Shown piece after piece: positions 8,638-17,375 of a stretch of DNA of 30,553 nucleotides. The position numbers and the translations under genes are program-made. Positions within the stretch are counted from its first letter, which is position 1; every line of letters begins with the position of its first letter. The notes beneath the pieces are model-generated. The model was not told where the DNA came from. It saw only the letters and a program-made list of their open reading frames with translations, and searched no databases. This DNA comes from Acidobacteriota bacterium (lineage in GTDB: Bacteria > Acidobacteriota > Thermoanaerobaculia > Thermoanaerobaculales > Sulfomarinibacteraceae): positions 1-30,553 of the forward strand of contig DAOWFV010000136.1 of assembly GCA_030637805.1 (NCBI GenBank), written 5' to 3'.

Positions 8638-11600
8638 ATGAATGGGCCTTCGGTCGGCAGCTCGCAGTTGAGATCGTGGTGTCTTGCCCTTGCGGCGGTC
8701 GTCGTGTGCGGACCCTGGCCTGGCTGGGACCCCGCGCCGGTGGCCGTGCTCGGCCTCTGTGGCGGACTTCTTTTTCTCGCACGCCCGCGCGGCCGGGGCT
8801 GGTTGCCGTGGGTGGCGGTGGGTGTCTCGGTCGTGGTGTTCGTGTGGCCAGCCGCCGATGACGCCCTTCCCGAGGAGCTGTCGGCCCAGCTCGACGGCCA
8901 CTGCCGCGAGATGCTGGACGCGGCCGAGGAGATCGCGGCCAATCCGGTCGTGCTGCGTCTGCTCGGCGCCGCGGGGGAGGCCGTGGATCCCGCTCAGCCG
9001 TTTAGGGTCCTCGAGCGCGGCTCGCGAGGGGCCGCGGGCCGCACAACCTACCTCGCCGATGATCGCGGACAGGTCGTTGCGTGGGGTGGCGCCGAACGCG
9101 CCCTTCCATTCGGTGTCCGTCCTCTCGGTCAACGCCAGTGGGGGGTCGCCTGGTCTGCGGGAAGCGCCGATCTCTGGCTGCGGGAGCCGGTTTTGGTCGA
9201 GGGTCGGATGGTGGGAACGGTCATCGTCTCCGATCACGGCTCCCTGGCTGCTATCCGGGTGTGGGGGATGACGGCGTCGCGAGGCTCTACCCTTCACCTC
9301 GGTCTCAACCATCCCGGTACAGCAGTGGTGCGCGCCGCGAGCAGCCCGGGTGTGGAGGTTCCGGTCTCGAGCGCGGCAGTTGCTACCGAGTCAGGTTTCA
9401 ACGCGTGCTGGCTTGGATGGATGTTGCTGGCGGTCGCCGCGCTGATCTGGGAGCCAAGGATGGCATGGGCTGTGGTGATTTTGGGCTGGGGAGCGCTGGT
9501 GGCTGCTCCGGGGCCCCCCAGTGAGGCCGCGCTGGTCGTCGCGGTGTTGATGGCCGGAGCCGCGGGTGGGCGGCTGGGGACGGTTCTCGGTCCTCTCTGG
9601 GCGCGGGCCCTTGTTGTAACCGGCCTCGTGGGGGCCTCGTTGATGGCGGTCCTGGGCTTCCCGGCGGAGCGATTCGGGTGGCTGCCGGAGCACCTGTTGC
9701 GTCCGGGTTGGGGTGGCGCCTGGATGGTGGCTCTGGTCTGGTTGGTGGTGGCCTGGCCGGGTGTTTCACGAACGAGGTTTCCGCTCGCCCGCCGGCTGCA
9801 AGTGGCGTCCCTTCTGGCCCTCCTGGGCCTCGGCCTGCACCTGGCCCGCGTTCCGGTGGAGCTCGAACGCAGAGGGCGCGAAGGTCGCGGCGTCGTGCTT
9901 CCGCGCGGCGATCTCCAGCTGGAAGCGCGCCTGCCTGCGCCGCCGGAAAGCTGTCGCCTCGGAGATTTGGCGCCGGTTCTGGCGGCACAATGGGGGCTCC
10001 CCGGCTGGCGGACCCCCGCCGAGCTGGTCCTGGTCGGTGAGGACGGCGCCGAGATCTCCCGGTGGGGTGACCTTTCGCCGGCGGGAGATCGCATCCGCGT
10101 CGCACGGTGGTGGAACCTGGAGGGTGGCGCGGGACCCCAGTTGGAGCTCCTGGTGGCCACCGAACCCTGGAGTTGGCTCGGCGATTGGCGCACCGGGGTC
10201 ACCTTGGAGGAGGCCAGCAGCAGCCGGGTTTGGTTTGCCGTCCTGACGCGTTCGGGAGATGTCGCTGCCAGCCTTCATCCGGAGTTTCGCGGCCTCGACG
10301 CGATCACGGCCGGTGAGCTCTTTCACAACGGCGGTGGGTGGACCCGCCTCGAGGTGGGGGAGGACCGGAGGCTGGCCAGGGTGTGGCGGAGGGAGCAGTG
10401 GCTGGTGGCGGCGGTGGCCCCCCACACCTCTCGGTCGGATTGGGTCGTACGCACTGCGATCGCGGCGCTCTGGGCTTTTTTCGGTACCCTCCTCGCCCTC
10501 CCGCCGGTTCTGAGACGACAACATGTGTCGACCTTCGGTGGCCGGTTGCGACTGCTCGTTGCGGGTGGGGTCGTTCTGCCGTTGGCGATCCTGACGCTGT
10601 TCCTGCACCAGCGCATCGGCGGCCAGGAGCTCCGCCTGGAGCAGGCCCGCGGGCTCGAGGCCTTGAAGGCTGCGCGGTACACGATGATCAACCTGGGAGG
10701 GGCCTTCGCGGTGGACGATGAGCTTGCGCGTTGGCTCGCCTCGGGATGGGGCGGTGAAGTGGCTTTGTGGGATGGGATCGTGCCAGTGGCCACGTCGCGC
10801 CCCGACCTAGTGAGCATCGGGGCTCTGCCGCAGCTTCCCGCGGCTGCCGCCTACCCCTCGTTCCTCCTCGGCAGGGACGATCCCATGGTTCTCCGCTGGC
10901 GGGATCGGGTGGTGGCCACAGGTCCGGTCGATCTGCAAGGCAATCGTCTCTTACTCCACCTTTACCGCTCCGACCCGATTCGCACCGGATCGAACCTCGG
11001 GGCCGTCGATTGGCTACTTACCGGCGCCCTCCTTTCCGCCCTCCTCGCTCTGGCCCTTACGACCGGGGTCGAACGGAGATTGAGCGCCTCCCTGCGCGAG
11101 CTGGTCGCGTTGGCCCGAAAGCTCCTCGACGGTGAGCCCGTCGGTCCGTTTCCACAGCCCAAAGAGACCGATCTCGCTGAAGTACTCGATGCGGTTCGAT
11201 CGATGAACGAGGAAGTTCATCAGCGTGAGCTCAGCCTTCGCCATCAGGAGGAGCTACTCCGCATTACCCTCTCCACCCTGGCGCCGGCGGTGGTGGTGCT
11301 CGAGCCAGACGGGGGGGTTCGTTTTGCAAACCCGAGTGCCCGACGGCTCGAGGACGAGTACGACGATCTCTTTCTCGAGCGGGTACGTGTGGTCGCCGGT
11401 CGGGATTGGGCCGGGGACACAGTGTCCGAGACGGTTCAGCCCGTAGCTGGTAGTGACCTGACATGGAGGATCGGCGTGGCTGGAGTCCCCTTCCCCGACG
11501 GCAGTCGTGGCTTGGTGGCGGTGGTGGATGACGTCACCGATCTCGTGCGGGCGGATCGAATGCAGCAGCTCAACCAAATGGCGCGGATTGTGGCCCACGA

Positions 11601-12240
11601 GGTGAAAAACCCCTTGACGCCGATTCGCCTTTGGACCGAAGAGCTGGAGGCGGCGCGGCGCCGCAACGATCCCGAATTGGGTTCCCTCCTGGAGGAGGCA
11701 TGTCGGGAGATCTCGGTGCAGGTGGAACGCCTGCAGGGGACGGCGAACTCGTTTTCAAACCTGGTGGCGCTGGAGGTTTGGACGCCCGAACCGGTGGATC
11801 TGGTGCGACTTCTCGAGGAGGTCCCCAGCGGTTCGGAGATTCTCGAACGGCGCGGCGTGCGAATCGTGCGCGAGGTGACCTCCCCCGCACCTCCGCCTGT
11901 TACAGGCGACCGGCAGTGGTTGAGTCGCGCTTTAGCAAACCTCGTCCAGAACAGCATAGACGCTCTGGGAGGCGAGCCCGGAGAAGTGTTCCTACGACTC
12001 GCTTCTGAGGGTGACCGCGTGGTGCTCGAGGTCGAGGATACAGGAGGCGGCGTGCCCGATCATCGTCTCCCCGATCTCTTTTCTCCGCAGTTCTCGACAA
12101 CCACTGCGGGGAGTGGCCTCGGTCTCGCCCTGGTCCATCAGGTGGTGGCGCGATGCCATGGTCGGGTCGCAGCTGTCAACGGGGAGCGGGGGCTGCTCGT
12201 TCGGCTCGAGTTCCCGTCATCCATCCCTCTGGTACGATAA
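8638..12240 (+). CDS. Large multi-pass membrane sensor histidine kinase (NtrY-like C-terminus)
   Basis: 1200 aa; many hydrophobic segments, a HAMP-like and a PAS-like region, H-box AHEVKNPLTPI, N-box NLVQNS, EDTGGG, FSTTTAGSGLGL. TATACT 7 nt before the ATG supports this start. Confidence 0.88.
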   Translation: MNGPSVGSSQLRSWCLALAAVVVCGPWPGWDPAPVAVLGLCGGLLFLARPRGRGWLPWVAVGVSVVVFVWPAADDALPEELSAQLDGHCREMLDAAEEIAANPVVLRLLGAAGEAVDPAQPFRVLERGSRGAAGRTTYLADDRGQVVAWGGAERALPFGVRPLGQRQWGVAWSAGSADLWLREPVLVEGRMVGTVIVSDHGSLAAIRVWGMTASRGSTLHLGLNHPGTAVVRAASSPGVEVPVSSAAVATESGFNACWLGWMLLAVAALIWEPRMAWAVVILGWGALVAAPGPPSEAALVVAVLMAGAAGGRLGTVLGPLWARALVVTGLVGASLMAVLGFPAERFGWLPEHLLRPGWGGAWMVALVWLVVAWPGVSRTRFPLARRLQVASLLALLGLGLHLARVPVELERRGREGRGVVLPRGDLQLEARLPAPPESCRLGDLAPVLAAQWGLPGWRTPAELVLVGEDGAEISRWGDLSPAGDRIRVARWWNLEGGAGPQLELLVATEPWSWLGDWRTGVTLEEASSSRVWFAVLTRSGDVAASLHPEFRGLDAITAGELFHNGGGWTRLEVGEDRRLARVWRREQWLVAAVAPHTSRSDWVVRTAIAALWAFFGTLLALPPVLRRQHVSTFGGRLRLLVAGGVVLPLAILTLFLHQRIGGQELRLEQARGLEALKAARYTMINLGGAFAVDDELARWLASGWGGEVALWDGIVPVATSRPDLVSIGALPQLPAAAAYPSFLLGRDDPMVLRWRDRVVATGPVDLQGNRLLLHLYRSDPIRTGSNLGAVDWLLTGALLSALLALALTTGVERRLSASLRELVALARKLLDGEPVGPFPQPKETDLAEVLDAVRSMNEEVHQRELSLRHQEELLRITLSTLAPAVVVLEPDGGVRFANPSARRLEDEYDDLFLERVRVVAGRDWAGDTVSETVQPVAGSDLTWRIGVAGVPFPDGSRGLVAVVDDVTDLVRADRMQQLNQMARIVAHEVKNPLTPIRLWTEELEAARRRNDPELGSLLEEACREISVQVERLQGTANSFSNLVALEVWTPEPVDLVRLLEEVPSGSEILERRGVRIVREVTSPAPPPVTGDRQWLSRALANLVQNSIDALGGEPGEVFLRLASEGDRVVLEVEDTGGGVPDHRLPDLFSPQFSTTTAGSGLGLALVHQVVARCHGRVAAVNGERGLLVRLEFPSSIPLVR

Positions 12241-12244
12241 CTCC

Positions 12245-13627
12245 ATGAGGTGTCACCGAGACAAAGCGGTCTCGATGTTATTGCTCGCCGCCGTGGCGGC
12301 GGGGTGTGGTGGAGGCAGAGCTCAACCCTCATTCCACGAGGTGGCGCGGGCTCCGCGGCGCCTCGTGATGTGGCTGGAAAGCGAAGGAATCGATGCCGGC
12401 TCGGCGGGAATGCTGCAGCTCGCGGGCGTGGACGAGGTGGTCCAGCGGCGCGGGGTCATAGATGTTGCGGGACAGGCGCCGGTGCTTCGCCTGGATCCAG
12501 TTTCAAAGGCGGAAGGTGCGATTCCGGTGGGGATCGCGCTGGAAGTCCGGGGTGCCCGTCCGGGACTTGACAGGGCCATGGCCGACGCCGTGTGGCGCGG
12601 CATCGAGTCGGAGTTGGACGGGGCGATCCCGGCCGAGCTGATTCTCGACCTGCCCCATCTCACCGAGGGCCTCGACCAGTTTGTCGCTGACCTCGTCGAG
12701 GTATCGGGCTTGGTGGTGACGCCGGTGCTCAGCTTCGAGCAGCTGCAGGAGGAGTACGGCATCAAGGTGGCGCGGGCGGCCCGCACCTGCCTGGTTCCCG
12801 CCTTCGGTACCGATGGAATGGATCTGCGTGGCGTCGGCGAACTCGATCCGCTGCCCCTGGAAAAGAAGCTGGCCCCCCTGGTTGGTACCGGGGTTCGGGT
12901 ACGCCTCGCCATCGTTCTCCGCCCTCGAACCGAACCCCCGCTCCACGGTCCCGGAGAAGACCTCAATCCGCTTACCGAAGGAATGACCACCACGGTCTCG
13001 ACATCTTCCACTCTTGATCGCACCTTCATCTTCGAGAAGGAACTCACCTGGAGTGGTCGCAGCTGGGGGCCGGGTGACCGCCTCGCGGTGCGTTGGATGG
13101 ATGCGAACAGGCTGAATGCAGCGCTTCAGGAGATTCACCGTCTGACCCTGCCCGAGGTCGCCGGTTGGGATCTGGTCCCGCTGCCGGATCAGACCGAGGG
13201 TCTCGGCCTGGGCCGCGACGCACTACTTCGCTACCTCGGAGGCGAGGGGCCCGAACCGGAGGTGCAGGTACAGGTGACACGAGAGGGCCGGTCCTTGCGG
13301 GTGATCCTGAGCAACCCGAGTCCGTTTTCAACAGCGGTCTCCAGCTTCGGCAACTGGGTTCAAGTGTCGGTTGACACGGGGCGGTTGGTGGCCGACGACC
13401 CGGGCACCTTCGACCGAGTGGCCGTCGGGTCGGCGCAGGGAGGGCGGTGGCGGCAGGGTGGTGTGGACGCGGTGGACGCGGTTCGCTTCAACGAGATCTA
13501 CCTTGCTCCAGGTGAGACGGTGACAAGTGGCGTCGTACGCATGCCTACCAATCGGTCGGCGGCGGTGGTCCGGTGGCACATGATGCTCTCCGACGGTACT
13601 GAGCTTAGCGGACAGGTTGAACCCTAA
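12245..13627 (+). CDS. Hypothetical lipoprotein, 460 aa
   Basis: ATG at 12245, 4 nt after the kinase stop; signal-like MLLLAAVAAG|C lipobox; no confidently recognised catalytic motif. Confidence 0.7.
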   Translation: MRCHRDKAVSMLLLAAVAAGCGGGRAQPSFHEVARAPRRLVMWLESEGIDAGSAGMLQLAGVDEVVQRRGVIDVAGQAPVLRLDPVSKAEGAIPVGIALEVRGARPGLDRAMADAVWRGIESELDGAIPAELILDLPHLTEGLDQFVADLVEVSGLVVTPVLSFEQLQEEYGIKVARAARTCLVPAFGTDGMDLRGVGELDPLPLEKKLAPLVGTGVRVRLAIVLRPRTEPPLHGPGEDLNPLTEGMTTTVSTSSTLDRTFIFEKELTWSGRSWGPGDRLAVRWMDANRLNAALQEIHRLTLPEVAGWDLVPLPDQTEGLGLGRDALLRYLGGEGPEPEVQVQVTREGRSLRVILSNPSPFSTAVSSFGNWVQVSVDTGRLVADDPGTFDRVAVGSAQGGRWRQGGVDAVDAVRFNEIYLAPGETVTSGVVRMPTNRSAAVVRWHMMLSDGTELSGQVEP

Positions 13628-13684
13628 CCCGGACTACTCACCAGCTTCCTGCCGCGGCCAATTTCGCTGCCGTAGGCAGGCGTC

Positions 13685-13851
13685 GAGTTTTGAGTTCCGA
13701 ATTTGTGGCGCTCGCAAGGGTGCGGTGAACTGCTGACTCCGAGGCGAAATCTCTTCTATCGCGCGCCGAGAGGGCACCAGCGCGGGCATGACGCTCCGAG
13801 CCACTCGATCGCTTCGCCGCGCCGAAAAATTCGAAATTCGAAATTCGAAAT
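13685..13851 (-). repeat. Family 3 element, reverse orientation
   Basis: GAGTTTTGAGTT at 13685 and (AAATTCG)x3 at 13828-13851 abutting the trmB stop. The core shares CTGCTGACTyCGAGGCGA, GGGTGCGGTGA and CGCGCCGA with 22239-22502. Confidence 0.82.
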
Positions 13852-14436
13852 CTACTTCGGTTTCTGAAGTGCGAAGGAGTGGATCTCCCGTCCTTCGATC
13901 CGGTACTTGTGCTCGAAGCCGGTCAGAGGAAGGCCCGCGAAGGCCGCGGCGCTGTCTATCGGGTCCAGATCGGGGGTGTTGCCCAGCACCTCTGCGATGA
14001 TCTCGGCGTAGTCTTGATGGTCGGACTTCACCAGCAGGCGGCCGCCGGGCTCCAGAGCACGACTCAACGCCGCCACCGTCTCGGGTTTGAAGAAACGGCG
14101 CTTGTGATGGCGCTTCTTCGGCCACGGGTCCGGGAAGAGCACGTAGAAGTTGGCGACCGAGGTCTCGGCGAGGAGACGGAAGAGGAAATCCTCGGCGGTG
14201 GTGCGCAGCAGACGGACGTTGGTGAGGCCGCGCCGGGCCGCGCGTTCGCAACACAACCGGTGATATTTCGCGGCCCTCTCCACCGCGAGGAGATTTCGTT
14301 CCGGATTGGCGGTGGCGAGCTCGTTGAGGAACTTGCCCTTTCCCGAACCGATCTCGACGTCGGTCGGGGCTTCGCGCCCGAAGAGTTTCGGCCAGCGGAG
14401 GGGGACTGCGACCTGATCGAGGTCGACGTCGATCAT
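13852..14436 (-). CDS. trmB: tRNA (guanine-N7)-methyltransferase
   Basis: VEIGSGKG SAM-binding motif, FPDPWPKKRHHKRR, KSD, TGFEHK; ATGA overlap with the upstream deaminase. Confidence 0.95.
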   Translation of the reverse strand: MIDVDLDQVAVPLRWPKLFGREAPTDVEIGSGKGKFLNELATANPERNLLAVERAAKYHRLCCERAARRGLTNVRLLRTTAEDFLFRLLAETSVANFYVLFPDPWPKKRHHKRRFFKPETVAALSRALEPGGRLLVKSDHQDYAEIIAEVLGNTPDLDPIDSAAAFAGLPLTGFEHKYRIEGREIHSFALQKPK

Positions 14437-14876
14437 TCGTCGGCTGGGTCGTCCGCCAGCCCGAGGTGGACCATGCGGATCTCGACCTCCTCGGCGAACT
14501 GCATCACTCGCTCATCACGGTAGAACTCACCGTAGTGAATGGTCCGAATCCCGGCGTTGACGATGAGCTTGAAGCAGCTGAAGCAGGGCGATGCGGTGAC
14601 GTAGATCTCGCTGCCTTCAAGACGGGTGCCGTGGCGCGCGGCCTGGACCAGGGCGTTGGCTTCCGCGTGTACCGTGCGCACGCAGTGGCTGTTTTCCATC
14701 AGGCAGCCGACCTCGGTGCAGTGGGCGGCGCCGCGGATCGAACCGTTGTATCCGGTGGAGAGGATGGCCTTGTCACGCACGATCACCGCACCGACGTGCT
14801 TGCGGGGGCAGGTGGAGCGGGTGGCGGCCTGCAGCGCGAGGTTCATGAAGTAGCGGTCCCAGGAAACGCGATTCAT
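14433..14876 (-). CDS. Deoxycytidylate deaminase family protein (ComEB-like)
   Basis: STCPRKHVGAVIV, GYNG, HAEANA and PCFSC zinc-deaminase motifs. Confidence 0.93.
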   Translation of the reverse strand: MNRVSWDRYFMNLALQAATRSTCPRKHVGAVIVRDKAILSTGYNGSIRGAAHCTEVGCLMENSHCVRTVHAEANALVQAARHGTRLEGSEIYVTASPCFSCFKLIVNAGIRTIHYGEFYRDERVMQFAEEVEIRMVHLGLADDPADE

Positions 14877-14925
14877 GGCACGAGAGTATAACGCGCGACG
14901 CCGGACGATTCACGAGGTGCCTGTG

Positions 14926-15123
14926 TCAGGTCTCAGGTCTCAGGTCTCAGGTCACAGGTCTCAGGCTACACAGGCTTCAGGTATCAGGTCTCATTGAAAA
15001 ATTCATGAAAGTTGCAGAAAAGGCTTGATATCGCAGGAGTACAACCGATGATTCGGTTGCGACTTGCGATGTGCGCCCTGAGACCTGAGACCTGCATCCC
15101 AATTCCGAATTCCGAATTCTCAA
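14926..15123 (+). repeat. Family 2 element with an abutting AATTCCG array
   Basis: TCAGGTC-type units at 14926-14993. Segment 15015-15099 is 74/85 identical to 26470-26554 and includes the inverted CCTGAGA units. AATTCCG-AATTCCG-AATTCTC follows at 15101-15121. Confidence 0.9.
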
Positions 15124-15149
15124 CCCCTCATTCGTTCTCTCCTGTAGAG

Positions 15150-16973
15150 CTACTGTTTTCCGTTCCCCATCTGGGCTTCCCATGCGGCGCGGTAGCGGCC
15201 GTCGGCAGCGAGGAGCTCCCGGTGGCTGCCCGCCTCGACGATGTGGCCCTTGTCGATGATATGGATGCGGTCGGCGTGCATGGCGGTGGTGAGGCGATGG
15301 GAGATGAGGATCACGGTGCGATTCTCGGCCAGTCGCCTCAGGGACCGCACCCACTCGACCTCCGCCCAGGAGTCCATGGCCGCGGTCGGCTCGTCCAACA
15401 GGAGCACCGGCGAGGCGCGGAGAACCGCGCGAGCGAGTGCGATCCGCTGCCACTCGCCGACGCTGAGCTCGGCACCGCCGGAAAACCAGGTACCCAGAAG
15501 GGTGTCGAGACCGCCGGGAAGGCTCTCGACGATTTCGGTGGCCCCCGCCGCTGCCAACGCGTCGGCGAGATCGGTTTCCCGGTGGTCGAGGCCAAGGTCG
15601 CCGAGAAGAATGTTCGTGCGGGCCGTCTCGCTGTAGTGCACCGGCTCCTGGAAGAGGACCGTGACCATTCGCCGGAGATCCTCGACCCGGAGATCTCGAA
15701 GGTCGATTCCGCCCATCTCCACACGACCCTCCTGGGGGTCGTAGAGGCGGCACAGAAGCTTGAAGAGCGTGCTCTTGCCGGCACCATTGACCCCGAGCAG
15801 AGCCACGATGGACCCCGCGGGGATCTCGAGATTGAAGGCTGAGAGCACGGGCCGCTCCGAGGCGGGGTAGGAGAAGCTCACCTGGCGGAAGTGGATGGAA
15901 GGGGGGAGGGGCGCGGGCGGGGGCAGCGGGTCGGTGGGATCGACGATTTGCGGTTCGATCGCCAGGAAGCCGAAGAGGTTCTCGAGGAAGAGGGTATTCG
16001 CCCAGATCTGTCCCACCGTCTCGAGCAGAGATCGCGTCAGCCGCTGTCCCTGGCTGAAGGCCTGGAAGAACATCGCCAGCTCGCCGAGCGAAACCGAACC
16101 GCTGAGCGTTCGGACCACCATCCACACCAGCAGGGCGCCCGTGAGGGCCAGGGCAAAACTGCCCGCCGCCATCTCTGCCAGCGCCTCGGAGCGGGTGAGC
16201 TCGAGGCGCTCCCTTCGCAGGCGCCTCCGGACCCGCTGGAAGGCATCCGCGAAGTGCGGCCCGACACCGAGCAGGCGCAACTCGGGGGCGGTTTCGCGGG
16301 TGCACAGCAGCCAGTCGTAGTACCAGGTGCGCCGGGTGTCGGGGGTCGCCTCCACGGTCCATCGACGGTGGCGGATAGCGTAGCGGGCGACAACCGCGAG
16401 CGCCGGCGCGGTGCTCAGCACCAGGGCGGGGGGTACCCACCAGCCGAAGGGGGCGAGCACCGCCGCCATGGCCGCCAGGGTGAGGGTGTGCTGGAGGAGG
16501 GCGCCGATGTTCTGCACCAGGGTCACCGGCCGCTCGTGCGAGTCGACCCGGGCGCGGTAAAGCCGGTCGTGATAGTCGGGGGACTCGAAATGGGCGAGAT
16601 CTGCTGCGATCGCCCGGCCGTGGATCAGGGCACTCACATGGTCCCGCACCAGCTCGGCCTGGGCGGTGCGTACCCAGCGGGTGGCGGCGCGCATGAGCTC
16701 GCCGAGAAGAAGCAGCCCGGCCATGATCCCAGCCGGGAAAAGGACGCTCTGGACCTGATCCCAGGAGGCGCCGGCACCTGCCGTCGCCGCCAGGCGATCC
16801 ACCAGGACGCGTGTCAGAAACACCAGGGCGACGGGAAGCAGGCCCTGCACCACCAGGAGAACCAGCCACGCCATGGTCCACCAGCGGGCGGCGTCCCACA
16901 CCAGCTGCAGCGCCCGCGGGATGTAGGGCAGCTGCCCGCGCGCGTTGGCGATCAGTTCACCGACTGCGGTCAC
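15150..16973 (-). CDS. ABC exporter, fused transmembrane and ATP-binding domains
   Basis: N-terminal hydrophobic helices; Walker A GVNGAGKS, Q-loop LFQEP, signature LSVGEWQR, Walker B LLLDEPT, H-loop ISHR; GTG start. Confidence 0.93.
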   Translation of the reverse strand: MTAVGELIANARGQLPYIPRALQLVWDAARWWTMAWLVLLVVQGLLPVALVFLTRVLVDRLAATAGAGASWDQVQSVLFPAGIMAGLLLLGELMRAATRWVRTAQAELVRDHVSALIHGRAIAADLAHFESPDYHDRLYRARVDSHERPVTLVQNIGALLQHTLTLAAMAAVLAPFGWWVPPALVLSTAPALAVVARYAIRHRRWTVEATPDTRRTWYYDWLLCTRETAPELRLLGVGPHFADAFQRVRRRLRRERLELTRSEALAEMAAGSFALALTGALLVWMVVRTLSGSVSLGELAMFFQAFSQGQRLTRSLLETVGQIWANTLFLENLFGFLAIEPQIVDPTDPLPPPAPLPPSIHFRQVSFSYPASERPVLSAFNLEIPAGSIVALLGVNGAGKSTLFKLLCRLYDPQEGRVEMGGIDLRDLRVEDLRRMVTVLFQEPVHYSETARTNILLGDLGLDHRETDLADALAAAGATEIVESLPGGLDTLLGTWFSGGAELSVGEWQRIALARAVLRASPVLLLDEPTAAMDSWAEVEWVRSLRRLAENRTVILISHRLTTAMHADRIHIIDKGHIVEAGSHRELLAADGRYRAAWEAQMGNGKQ

Positions 16974-17177
16974 GGTCCGAGCCTAGCAGAATCCGAGCCC
17001 ATGCCCGTGCCCGTCTCTGTGCCCGATGTTCAGGAGCGCGCTACCGATTTCATCGTGACCTTTCTATCGGCCCTCTGCCCGTGAGGATGCCAGGCACCTC
17101 CGAACGATTGTGCCCACACCCCCAAAATTGTCAGGGACGGCACGCCCGAAGAAGCGCGCGGTCCATCGCTCCAGGGG

Positions 17178-17293
17178 CGCGCTTCTGATAGGTGACGCGG
17201 CCATTTTTTGTCGCGCCCCGGCGCGGGCATTTAGCCTCGAGCCGCTCGATCGCCTTCGCGCGCCGACAATTCCGAATTCCGAATTCCGAATTC
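17178..17293 (-). repeat. Family 3 element (partial), reverse orientation
   Basis: (AATTCCG)x3 at 17268-17293. The reverse-strand core CGGCGCGCGAAGGCGATCGAGCGGCTCGAGG...TGCCCGCGCCGGGGC and CACCTATCAGAAGCGC match 8289-8388. Confidence 0.82.
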
Positions 17294-17375
17294 AACCCAC
17301 GTCCGCGTCCGCGCCCGCGTCCGTTCCCGACAACTCGCCTTGACGAACCACCGATCGCTGCCGCACGATAGAGGC

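Noticed and set aside
12245-13627. Naming the lipoprotein as DUF3142 or a glycoside hydrolase
   Set aside because: Only a vague resemblance (ILDLP region, beta-rich tail) and no diagnostic catalytic motif; needs a profile search.
14977-16899. Long alternative-frame or antisense ORFs (14977-16899, 15891-17084, 29096-30070, 9766-10608, 4402-5229, 4691-5401)
   Set aside because: Shadow ORFs expected in high-GC DNA, rich in Arg/Pro/Gly or mirroring codon bias, and overlapping well-supported genes.
16974-17375. RiPP precursor peptide upstream of the ABC exporter
   Set aside because: Only short ORFs made of repeat sequence, with no RBS or leader motif and no modifying enzyme nearby.
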